A stretch of DNA of 33,534 bases from Schmidtea polychroa (Eukaryota). Position numbers and translations under genes: made by a program. The notes below the pieces were generated by a model. That model worked only from the letters and a program-made list of their open reading frames with translations. It was not told the origin of the DNA and did not search any database. The stretch is taken from the NCBI GenBank assembly GCA_044892525.1, contig CM097885.1, forward strand, positions 270,970,467-271,004,000. Direction: 5' to 3'. Positions 24,293 to 33,534 of the stretch are shown piece by piece (positions within the stretch are counted from its first letter, which is position 1; every line of letters begins with the position of its first letter).

Positions 24293-24964
24293 TCACTCTG
24301 GATGTTTGATGTCACCTCTGGCATTGCTTCCACCACGGAATCCCTTTGCACAAGTTCATTGGGCACCGGCTCTCTCTTTTAAAACAGAGTTATACACTTC
24401 TGAAACTTGAATTGCCTACTTATTCCTACTATGGTTCTTTGGAAGAAAAACTGGAAAAAGTTTGCAACTAGTGTTTGTTCCTCCTGATTTTTGAAGACAA
24501 ATCTGTTGACCAACTCGATCAATCTGTTTATTTTCAAATTGTCCTTTTCGTCAACATTCTGTCTCTTCATCCTTGGCTTCAGATTGGTTAACCAGCCTTC
24601 AGGTACTGTGAAATATTTTGCAAAATTTGCCATATCAAATTTTGATTCTTTAAATTCATTCATATTATCCTTAATGTACCTGCTTATAATGTTGTAAGTT
24701 ATAAGCAAGGAATCATTATTCTTGAATTGGTATTTATGAGTAGCCAATAAGAACTGTTTAATTTCTACGAATGTTTCATTGGATATACTCATTTTTGCGT
24801 AGTTCTCAAAATTGTTTTTAAGAAAATTTTTCTCTTTGGTTTGTATTATCTTGGCTTGAATTTATTAACGTCAATTATCTCACTGTTGACATTGTTGTTG
24901 GTCCATTCAATCGGAATTCTTTTGATATTTTTATAATCTTTTGATCTTGGCTTTGTTTTGGTTT
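21580..24964 (-). mobile_element. NeSL/R5-group non-LTR retrotransposon A: 2 C2H2 fingers, Ulp1 (C48) protease, RT deleted, CCHC, RLE endonuclease; frameshifted
   Basis: CNHC..H..KH and CVQC..H..IH (23715-23890); HWIVY..ILDS..QQSNDYDCGVY (23250-23480); CRKC..SHVINHC; LRPDIVV..IDIKCPFD; no YADD; linker LPKNILDAYF joined directly to post-RT KLLTSN at about 22850. Confidence 0.88.
24217..24290. repeat. (AT)37 microsatellite inside the coding region of element A
   Basis: Direct reading. Confidence 0.98.
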
Positions 24965-24988
24965 TTACCACAGGGATAACTGGCTTGT
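24965..24988 (+). rRNA. 24-nt 28S rRNA stub TTACCACAGGGATAACTGGCTTGT (peptidyl-transferase region), putative right half of the target site
   Basis: Exact match to the conserved eukaryotic LSU sequence; abuts the 5' end of element A. Confidence 0.85.
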
Positions 24989-24993
24989 CTCCC

Positions 24994-25140
24994 AACGCAG
25001 ATGTCCCAAGGGAAGCTCAACTAGGACAGAAACCTGGTGTTGACTAAAAGGGGAAAAGCTTCCTTGATCTTGATTTTCAGTACGAATACAGACCGTGAAA
25101 GCGCGGCCTATCGATCCTTTTGATTTTAAAGTTAAACAAG
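24994..25140 (+). rRNA. 28S rRNA fragment (domain V, upstream of the 24965 stub in native order)
   Basis: AACGCAGATGTCC...GGACAGAAACC...CTTGATCTTGATTTTCAGTACGAATACAGACCGTGAAAGCGCGGCCTATCGATCCTT matches conserved 28S; helix-preserving changes (GGAAGCT/AGCTTCC, CTAGG/CCTGG). Confidence 0.95.
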
Positions 25141-26010
25141 TGCACATTTAAGTGCATCAAACAGGCATGGGCAAACTGTTGGAGGTCCTTCCATGACTAG
25201 AAATAGACATCAAGTGCACCTTTTTATGGATGCGGGCGCAATCATCCTTGTCCTGGCTCTTGTGCTCATGTGTGAAACCCTCTGTGTTGTTCATATGTTT
25301 TTCTTGACCCTCTGATAACTTTCTCAATCATTTGCTCTTTGGTCTCTTTGTACTCGATATATTTTATTCCAAGTTTCCGGAAAATTGAATTATTGTCCTT
25401 TATCCACGTACCTAAGGAGCAGACTATGAAGGTCTCGACTGTGGTATGCACTCCTGTCTGCTCCTTTATGTCCTTTGCAAGCTCTCTATATTTGTCCATA
25501 TTCCTCGCCCTTGCCATCTCTATGGCCCCTTTGTTGTCAAAAGGGCACTTGATGTCTATTATGAATATATGTTTGTTGGTGCGGACCACTATGTCTGGTT
25601 TTAGGGCCTCCTTCGCTTCTGGTGGAATCTTTTCTGTTTCGAAATTGATGTTTTTGGACTTCAATATCTTTTCCAAGGCCTTCTGGATTTCATTATGCTT
25701 GGCCGTCCTTGATCTGTATCCTTTTCTGCACATGTTTATGACATGTGATGGTGATTCTTGTGGGCAATCACAAAGCCTGCAATTGGTTGGAGCGATCCTA
25801 CCTCCTTGGTTGGACTGCTTCATTCCGACATCCAGCATGTTTGCCCGGGCCTTTATAATGAATTTCCATTCTGGGTCTTTTAGGACCCGGGGCATCTTCC
25901 ATTCCATTTCGTCGGATGTCGGAAGGTTTATAATATATCCTTGGCATTTTGCAGCCAATCATATTTTCGATTTATCAAAATTTTATTTAATAAAAGCCTG
26001 CCTCCGAAGA
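25141..26010 (-). mobile_element. NeSL-like element B: 5'-truncated CCHC + RLE + 3' UTR
   Basis: ORF 25266-25958: WKFIIKAR..CRLC..SHVINMC..KHNEIQ..LKPDIVV..IDIKCPFD; paralogous to A. Confidence 0.88.
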
Positions 26011-26200
26011 GACAGATTGGTCCTTTTTACGGGACGAGTTTCGGCCAGCAGCCAAAGCTAAAACACCGAATTTTTTTTAAGTCATCAATCGTCCGAGCCT
26101 TGTACTGGTTTAGGGATCAAGGCTGATTTCTTTTCGGTCCATTGTAATATTCGTATATCGGCGGTACAATCCTTTTGGATGGAGTTTCAGACTGTCATTT

Positions 26201-26272
26201 TTGTCGTAGTTGTCGTAGTTGTCGTAGTTTCCTTAGTTTCCTTAGTTGTCGTAGTTTCCTTAGTTGTCGTAG
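26201..26272. repeat. Two-variant 9-mer array (TTGTCGTAG / TTTCCTTAG; order AAABBABA) followed by a T-rich tract (26284-26331)
   Basis: Direct reading. Confidence 0.9.
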
Positions 26273-26579
26273 TTTTCATCGTATTTTTTTTTTTTTTATT
26301 TTTTTTTTATTTATTTATTTATTTTTTTTTTAAAACAAGAGCTTTTAACACAAAGACAGTAAGACAAGCAAGAAAAAATAAAAGATGGAAACACTGATAA
26401 AAAGGTGTAAAAAATAAAAATGCCATCAACGCCTTAATAAAAAGTTCGTACGATAAATACAGAAAAATCACAACAGACGCCAATATACGACCATACAAAA
26501 CAAGAGAGGATCACACACGATTCGCAGAAGCAAATCAAGTCATTTTAAGGCTATGAAAAAAAGGTCCAATGAACGCTAT

Positions 26580-29023
26580 AATCATATTTATTGGAAAGGA
26601 CTCTGAAAGAAGATAGTAGTACATTATAGTATAGTATAGATAAGGTATTTAATGTATATAATATTTGTAAATATATTCAAATTTACGTAGTAGATATTAG
26701 GGTTGCATTAATAACCTTAAGTTGTAGTACAGTATAATAACATTACAGAATAAGTATAGTAAATAATATTAATTATCAATTAATGTGTTTAAAATGTGGT
26801 CCATATAGATATTGTAGCTCGCTGTGATCGCTGTTATAATACATTTCCTAGCTAATATGTTAATTTCCCTATCAGTTAATCCTATATCTCTTAAGGGTTT
26901 ATCATTGTTGATGTCCCAGGTTCCTAAAGTCCCTACAACAAGTGCATATAATGTAGTTTTAGTTTTATTTGCAGTGCCAGTTTCAATAGCCAAGTTTCTA
27001 TATTTCTCAAAATTGTTATCTCTAGCGTTATTAAAATTTTCTATTGTGTCATACGGTACCTTAATGTCAAGTAGGTGTATTTTTTTGTTTCTATTTGAGG
27101 TTACAATTAGGTCAGGTCTTAGTGTGGTTATTGTTCCTGGTGGTGCTCTTTCTGTGTCCACATTAAAGTTTTTGGAGGTTAGATATTTATGCGTTATTTC
27201 TAATACTCTATTGTGCTTATTTCTCCTAGCATTTTGTGTTTTGGTGCAGTGGTTAAAAATATGTGCCTGTGTTTCCCAGTCTTTGCTGCATAATCTGCAG
27301 AGTATGTTTTGGTTCTCTTTGTGCCTATTTATTGTGTAATTAAGACTGAGCATGTTATTGCGTGCTTTAATTATAAAGTAATATTGGTTGTCGGTAAGAT
27401 CAGTTGATTTTATTGGGTATGCAGATAAGTTATTGTTTCCTATTGTTTTTGATATGTGTCCCTGGTGGATCATGTCATACCATTTTTCAGCTTACCATCT
27501 ACTTGTAATATTATGTAATGCCGAGGATGTGTCTCTACTAGGTTATTCTTATCTATATAATTAGTCTCATTGTTGTATTTTATTTCTAGGTTAAAAAAGC
27601 CTTTAATAACTATTATTTTGCATTGGATATTGAATTTTTCGCGGATTCTCTTACATGATTCCCTAAATTTTGAAAAAATTGTTGAAGATTTACCACTTAT
27701 GTCCCCCTTACAGTCTGCATTAAGCCAGTCTAGGGCATTATTAATATTGATTTCCTTATTTACTGATCTAATTTTGACTATCTCAATAAGTTCACTTAAT
27801 ATAAAATTTTTCATCTTAATGTCGTCTGAGTTAAATATCCTAATAAATTGGGTGATACTTTGGATTAGGTATTCATCAATGGATGGTGTGATACCTAATC
27901 CTCCTAAAGAGCAGTTCGCATAAATAAAGCTATTATTAAGATTTTGGTGTATGTCTTTCAGTTCATTTTTAATTATTCGTTTAATTTTTTGGTCATAGCC
28001 TAGTTGTTTTTCCCTATTTTGTACTACTTTATTCCTATTGCAGTCAAGTATCATATGATTGATTGTGCACGTTCGGAAAGGAAAAATAAATCGGGAGTGT
28101 ATAAAGGTTTTATATGCATGTAGTTTCTGTGCTGGGTGTAGGTCAGAGGTAAAGATCATATTTGCGTCTTCTAGTGCCTTAGATAAAATGTCATCAATGC
28201 TGTGTTTTCCCTTTTCGCCAAAACCTACACCTAGGTATCTGTAAATGTTATCGCTATCTATAATCGGGATCTTTTCATCGTATATTGTTAGTGGGATGTC
28301 AGAATGATTTTTTTGTAATTGGAAATATCCACATTTGCTTGGTCTGAATTTTAGCTTAGATCTATCGGTTAGGTTGATTATATGTTCTAATATCATCTTA
28401 ATGTTATCCCTGGAGTCTGATATTAGAACAATATCATCAGCATACGCCAATATGCTGACATTATATTCACTAATTATTAAGGGGAATTTATTTAGTATAT
28501 CCTTAAGTATGAAGTCTATTGCCAGACAAAAAAGTGTCATGGACATTGGGCACCCTTGCTTAACTCCGTTATGTATTTCTATTTCGCTAGTGAGTTGCCC
28601 TTCACAGTCATATTGTGTTTTACAATTGTTATATAAGTCTTTAAATACGTTCAACGTGTTGTTGTTAATACCTAGTTCTATCAATGTTTGCCAAATTAGT
28701 TTATGTGGGATGCTTCCAAAGGCGTCTGCTAAGTCAAGCCATATGATGTTAATATCCTTATTACTGCGAATTGCTCTTTCTTTTACTAGTGTGAGGGTTA
28801 TATTATGTTCAGAACAACCGTCAGGTATACCTATTGCTTTTTGGTTGATACTAATGAGGCCCCTTAATTTTACCCATTCAAGAAGTCTATTGTTTATTAT
28901 CGCTGAAAAGATTCTATAGGATGTATCTAAAATAGCAAGGGGTCTCCATGAGGATATATCGTAACTTAACTTCTCTTTATGTGGTTTAATTATTAGTTTG
29001 GTTTTAAAAAATTTAAAGTATGT
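26580..29023 (-). mobile_element. RLE-type non-LTR retrotransposon C, ORF2: RT + CCHC + RLE (frameshift near 27500; RT region 0 missing)
   Basis: WRPLAILDTSYRIF, WLDLADAFGSIPH, GVKQGCPMS, AYADD, YRYLG, GGLG, CRLC..AHIFNHC, LRPDLIV..LDIKVPYD. Confidence 0.93.
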
Positions 29024-31061
29024 TTAGGTCATCATCCTTGGGCGTGAGAGTTAAGTGTACATCATCAATGTCGTGAGGGAGTTGGGAGGATGCTGCTGTA
29101 TTATGTGTGAGTAGTTGTTGTTGCAATTTTGTCATCTGTGAGATTAGGAGCGCTAATGTTTCGTGTGTATTAGCTTGTTCGTGTTGTTGTTGTATTATGT
29201 ATTGTTGCAGGTTTTTTGTGGTTGTTTCATGTTTTTTGGAGATTTCTTGATTGTTACAGTTGATTATTCTGTGGATTTCTTGTATGAGATGTTTATCCCT
29301 TTTATTGTGGGTGATATTTGTATCCTTATTTGGGGACGAGTGTATTGTGGTTTCGATATTGTTATTGCATGTATTTAATGGAGTAGTGTAAGTGGTTGGT
29401 TTAGTTGTTGATTGTATTGTGTTTGATTGATTAGCTTTGATTGGGGAAGATTGAGTTTCTATGGGTTTGGTAGGGGGGGAAATGGAATGAGGTTGTGGGA
29501 CATTAGTGGTACTGTTAGTGGTGGATGTAGGAATGTTGTAGTTAGACGGTGCTGGTGGGTTTGCGTCTGTTATACTGTTTACCTTAGGGTCATTATTTAT
29601 GGTGGCTAAGGCGTGAAATCTGTTATTGGTGAGACTAGGTGTGGTTTCGTATTTGTCATTTTTGTTGGCTTGTGTTTTGGATAATGTAGTGTCATTATTG
29701 TTAGTGATGGGTAATGTGGGTACGTTCATTGTAGTGTTATTGGTCAGTGGTATTGGTTGGTCGTCTTCATTGTAGTTATTTAGCTCGTTATTATAATCTT
29801 TAAGAATATTTATGTAGGTGGGGTCTTTGTGGAACATCGTCCAAAAATGTTTCGAGAGTGTTTTTATTTCTCGGCGAAAGGTATTATTGGATATTTTCGT
29901 ATTTGGTATTTCAGCGTGTTGGTCATTGATGTTATTGTTGGGTAGAGGTTCTGCGGTTAAGTCGATAGTAAGGTCGTTTTTTGTGGTTTCGTCGTCGTCG
30001 TTGTTGGTCCGGGAGCCGGCGAATCGGCCGCAGGCCGATGAGCTGCGTAGGGGCTTATTTTTCTTGCCCGAAGGGCAAGAAAAATTTTGGAAATCATTAT
30101 TTTTCAAAAAAGGAAATTGTTTAGGTAATTTAAACAAATTTCCGATTTTGTATTTAAAATTAATTAGACTATTATCTAATTTTAATTTAAAATTATAGAA
30201 TTCATTTTCAATTTGATTTAAATTATAGTTCAATGTATTATTAATTATAAATTTATTATTATATTTGTTTTTTGGATTTTTAGAGTTATTGGATTTATAA
30301 TTTTCATTATTTAAATTATGCTTTTTATTATTATTATATTCACTATTACTTATATCATTATTATAAATATGTTGTTTAAATATATTATTATTATCATTAT
30401 TAATTAATTTAAATTTATTTTCGCCATTTTTGGCAGAGCGATTTTCGCAAAAGTAACTATATTCGTCAGGACAATAGTATTTTTTACTATTGTCAATATG
30501 AGTATTACATTCTTTATTATAATCATAGTATTTCGTATCATTATGGAGACTGTATTTTCTAATATAGTCTTCATTAATTCGATCTTCATGGGCATTATTT
30601 TTATTTATTCTGTTTATTAATTTCTCTTTATAGGAAGGTGGATTTATTTTTATTGGAGCACTTCTTTCATCATATTGGGCAGAAGAAGGATGTGGAAGAA
30701 GGTAATTGTTGGCATAGGTTTGGTTATTATTGTTTATTTTATCAATTATTTTCGCATTAAGTTCATTAATTCTCATAGTTTCATCACTGTTAGGCAGATC
30801 AGGAGTGTCAAGATAGTATGCCTTTTCATTTAACGGACGGCCATTCACGTAAGAAGTATTTTGTCTTTCATTATCAAAGCATTTAGAGGGAGAGTTACTT
30901 TCAGCAGGCATATTAGGTGAAGCAAAGCCATAGGCTGATTTCTTTATATGGTTGTCATGCGGGTAATAGTCATTATTTTTTCCTCTCATATTTGTTTGAT
31001 TCGAATTAGATATTATTGATTTATTTTTATTAGAGTAATCATAATTATCGTACCCATTCAT
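29013..31061 (-). CDS. Uninterrupted 682-aa Asn/Thr-rich ORF of unknown function, probable ORF1 of element C
   Basis: ATG at 31061 (the track's extension to 31175 is antisense of fragment F); stop overlaps the start of the RT frame; C-terminal Q-rich coiled-coil-like stretch. Confidence 0.6.
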   Translation of the reverse strand: MNGYDNYDYSNKNKSIISNSNQTNMRGKNNDYYPHDNHIKKSAYGFASPNMPAESNSPSKCFDNERQNTSYVNGRPLNEKAYYLDTPDLPNSDETMRINELNAKIIDKINNNNQTYANNYLLPHPSSAQYDERSAPIKINPPSYKEKLINRINKNNAHEDRINEDYIRKYSLHNDTKYYDYNKECNTHIDNSKKYYCPDEYSYFCENRSAKNGENKFKLINNDNNNIFKQHIYNNDISNSEYNNNKKHNLNNENYKSNNSKNPKNKYNNKFIINNTLNYNLNQIENEFYNFKLKLDNSLINFKYKIGNLFKLPKQFPFLKNNDFQNFSCPSGKKNKPLRSSSACGRFAGSRTNNDDDETTKNDLTIDLTAEPLPNNNINDQHAEIPNTKISNNTFRREIKTLSKHFWTMFHKDPTYINILKDYNNELNNYNEDDQPIPLTNNTTMNVPTLPITNNNDTTLSKTQANKNDKYETTPSLTNNRFHALATINNDPKVNSITDANPPAPSNYNIPTSTTNSTTNVPQPHSISPPTKPIETQSSPIKANQSNTIQSTTKPTTYTTPLNTCNNNIETTIHSSPNKDTNITHNKRDKHLIQEIHRIINCNNQEISKKHETTTKNLQQYIIQQQHEQANTHETLALLISQMTKLQQQLLTHNTAASSQLPHDIDDVHLTLTPKDDDLNIL

Positions 31062-31091
31062 CAATTCGATTGATATCCACGTTTTCAAAAT

Positions 31092-31440
31092 CTGAACCCG
31101 AGCCGGAGACGATAAGTCAATAGGACATATTTGAAGGACGTCCGAGCCAGTTGAATCAGCAGTGCCTCGAATCAAATAAAGTAATTAAACCTCATAATTA
31201 AGGAACTAAAAGAAACAAAACCCGAACATCGAAATACAAGGAATATTACAAAAACTGAAACTATTACAGATGGATATAAACAGCACACTGCAATGGTTTA
31301 CTGATACATATAATAGCACAATCCAGGAGTTGAGAACAAGAAAAAAGGCTAAACTCAAGATCACAAAATGCTCCCATCAGCTCCAAAGACTATATGCAAT
31401 AGCCCTAAAAAGAGCAGTCAAAGAGATATATAAAGATGAA
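31092..31440 (+). mobile_element. NeSL-like fragment F (post-Ulp1 linker), plus strand
   Basis: LQKLKLLQMDINSTLQWFTD...KCSHQLQRLYAIALKRAVKEI is homologous to element A LLKLKLLQIDIDSVLQWFTD...KCSYQIQRLFAIAPKRAIKEI. Confidence 0.85.
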
Positions 31441-31810
31441 ATTTAAAATATCTTTTATTGAATTGATTTTTATATGTTAGTAAATTTATTGTATTGGAGT
31501 TTAACATTTTTTATGTGGAATCAGATACATGTTTTTATTGTATCTGAGTTTAATAAATTTTATGTTTTTCTTGTATTTTATTGTTTTTATTTTATATTTA
31601 ATTTTATATTTAATTTAGAATCATATACGATGGATCATGACATGGATCCGATAATCAATATCAGCCGAAGATTTTATTAGAATAAATTTTGGAAATTTAA
31701 AATATCTTTTATTGAATTGATTTTAATATGGTAGTAAATTTATTGTATTGGAGTTTAACATTTTTTATTTGGAATCAGATACATGTTTATATTGTATCTG
31801 AGTTTAATAA
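31441..31810. repeat. 254-bp-period AT-rich partial duplication with a TCAGATACA...TGTATCTGA hairpin
   Basis: 31441-31555 ~ 31695-31808. Confidence 0.85.
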
Positions 31811-31845
31811 TAATACTAATAAAACTTTGGAACTTCTTCTAAGCG

Positions 31846-33534
31846 TCACTGCTCTGAACCTATCCCCAATGACTACATTCATAAAACCAAGAATTCTAAA
31901 AACCTTTCAAATTCCTAATGATAATACTAATAATTTGAACGCTGACCTGCCTGAACCAAATATGAGCCAAAGGATAAACTCTGAAGGAAACCTAATGGAT
32001 CCTGCTCAAGTCCTGCATGATCTATTCGAATCTTCTAAAGGACAGAGCCTCGAGTACCCCCCCCCCTTCCTTGCACATCGGGTGATGTTATCTCAATAAC
32101 ACTACCTGGCTTATCATTATTTTCAGATCAATCTCCTCAGGACCTTAACAGCCGTCGCCCAGTGGGCCAGTAGGAATTGAATTGTGATCTAAAGATGTCC
32201 AGGAGTATGCAAAGAGCCATGCGCAAACAATCTCATGAATCACAACAAGCCATTGACATCTGCCCGGCTGAACCCGAGCCGGAGACGATAAGTCAATAGG
32301 ACATATTTGAAGGACGTCCGAGCCAGTTGAATCAGCAGTGCCTCGAATCAAATAAAGTAATTAAACCTCATAATTAAGGAACTAAAAGAAACAAAACCCG
32401 AACATCGAAATACAAGGAATATTACAAAAACTGAAACTATTACAGATGGATATAAACAGCACACTGCAATGGTTTACTGATACATATAATAGCACAATCC
32501 AGGAGTTGAGAACAAGAAAAAAGGGTAAACTCAAGATCACTGCTCTGAACCTATCCCCAATGACTACATTCATAAAACCAAGGATTCTAAAAACCTTTCA
32601 AATTCCTAATGATAATACTAATAATTTGAACGCTGGCCTGCCTGAACCAAATATGAGCCAAAGGATAAACTCTGAAGGAAACCTAATGGATCCTGCTCAA
32701 GTCCTGCATGATCTATTCGAATCTTCTAAAGGACACAGCCTCGAGTACCCCCCCCCCCCCCTTCCTTGCACATCGGGTGATGTTATCTCAATAACACTAC
32801 CTGGCTTATCATTATTTTCAGATCAATCTCCTCAGGACCTTAACAGCCGTCGCCCAGTGGGCCAGTAGGAATTGAATTGTGATCTAAAGATGTCCAGGAG
32901 TATGCAAAGAGCCATGCGCAAACAATCTCATGAATCACAACAAGCCATTGACATCTGCCCGGCTGAACCCGAGCCGGAGACGATAAGTCAATAGGACATA
33001 TTTGAAGGACGTCCGAGCCAGTTGAATCAGCAGTGCCTCGAATCAAATAAAGTAATTAAACCTCATAATTAAGGAACTAAAAGAAACAAAACCCGAACAT
33101 CGAAATACAAGAAATATTACAAAAACTGAAACTATTACAGATGGATATAAACAGCACACTGCAATGGTTTACTGATACATATAATAGCACAATCCAGGAG
33201 TTGAGAACAAGAAAAAAGGCTAAACTCAAGATCACTGCTCTGAACCTATCCCCAATGACTACATTCATAAAACCAAGGATTCTAAAAACCTTTCAAATTC
33301 CTAATGATAATACTAATAATTTGAACGCTGGCCTGCCTGAACCAAATATGAGCCAAAGGATAAACTCTGAAGGAAACCTAATGGATCCTGCTCCAGTCCT
33401 GCATGATCTATTCGAATCTTCTAAAGGACAGAGCCTCGAGTACCCCCCCCCCCCTTCCTTGCACATCGGGTGATGTTATCTCAATAACACTACCTGGCTT
33501 ATCATTATTTTCAGATCAATCTCCTCAGGACCTT
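31846..33534 (+). repeat. Tandem array of a 691-695 bp NeSL-derived unit (2 full copies plus 1 partial, runs off the window)
   Basis: Units start at 31846, 32537, 33232; near-identical apart from poly-C length; each full unit contains the fragment F sequence. Confidence 0.95.

Noticed and set aside
26158-26196. GGCGGTACA and GGAGTTT..GACTG, resembling 28S upstream of the fragment at 24994
   Set aside because: Short matches, wrong order and an insertion; compatible with chance.
26385-26470. Plus-strand peptide METLIKRC..NAINALIKSSYDKYRKI resembling an RLE C-terminus
   Set aside because: It needs a frameshift and has no diagnostic motif; too weak to call.
26487-26498. TACGACCATAC resembling the 5S rRNA 5' end
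   Set aside because: Only about 11 nt with no continuation.
31062-31175. N-terminal extension MIRGTADSTGSDVLQ... of the 720-aa ORF and its copies at 32145-32351 and 32840-33046
   Set aside because: Antisense read-through of plus-strand NeSL fragment F and the tandem unit; it uses a non-ATG start.
21246-33534. U2 snRNA (Utopia) or SL RNA (NeSL) target sequences, and HDV or hammerhead ribozyme cores near element ends
   Set aside because: None recognisable by eye; most elements are 5'-truncated. A covariance-model search would be needed to exclude them.

Overview
This is AT-rich metazoan genomic DNA in two very different halves. 1-8703 is a 9-exon, phase-consistent gene model (about 1996 codons, probably 5'-incomplete) for a polyQ-rich protein with a KMT2C/D (MLL3/4)-type HMG box. 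It stops without FYRN/FYRC/SET domains, so it is LPT-like, and three of its introns are inflated by unrelated minisatellites. About 9.3-33.5 kb is a transposon graveyard: a pogo/Tigger MITE, a truncated hAT transposase, a Polinton-like terminus, AT-rich patchwork duplications, and a head-to-tail stack of NeSL/R5-group RLE non-LTR retrotransposons on the minus strand. The main discovery is that three pieces of one continuous 28S rRNA segment next to the peptidyl-transferase centre sit exactly at the element junctions (21231-21246, 24965-24988, 24994-25140). This implies a Ulp1-protease-carrying retrotransposon family that inserts site-specifically and antisense into 28S at GAGGTGTCAGA^(AAAG)TTACCACAGGG. 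All family assignments come from remembered motifs; no database searches were run. A flatworm-like origin is only an inference.
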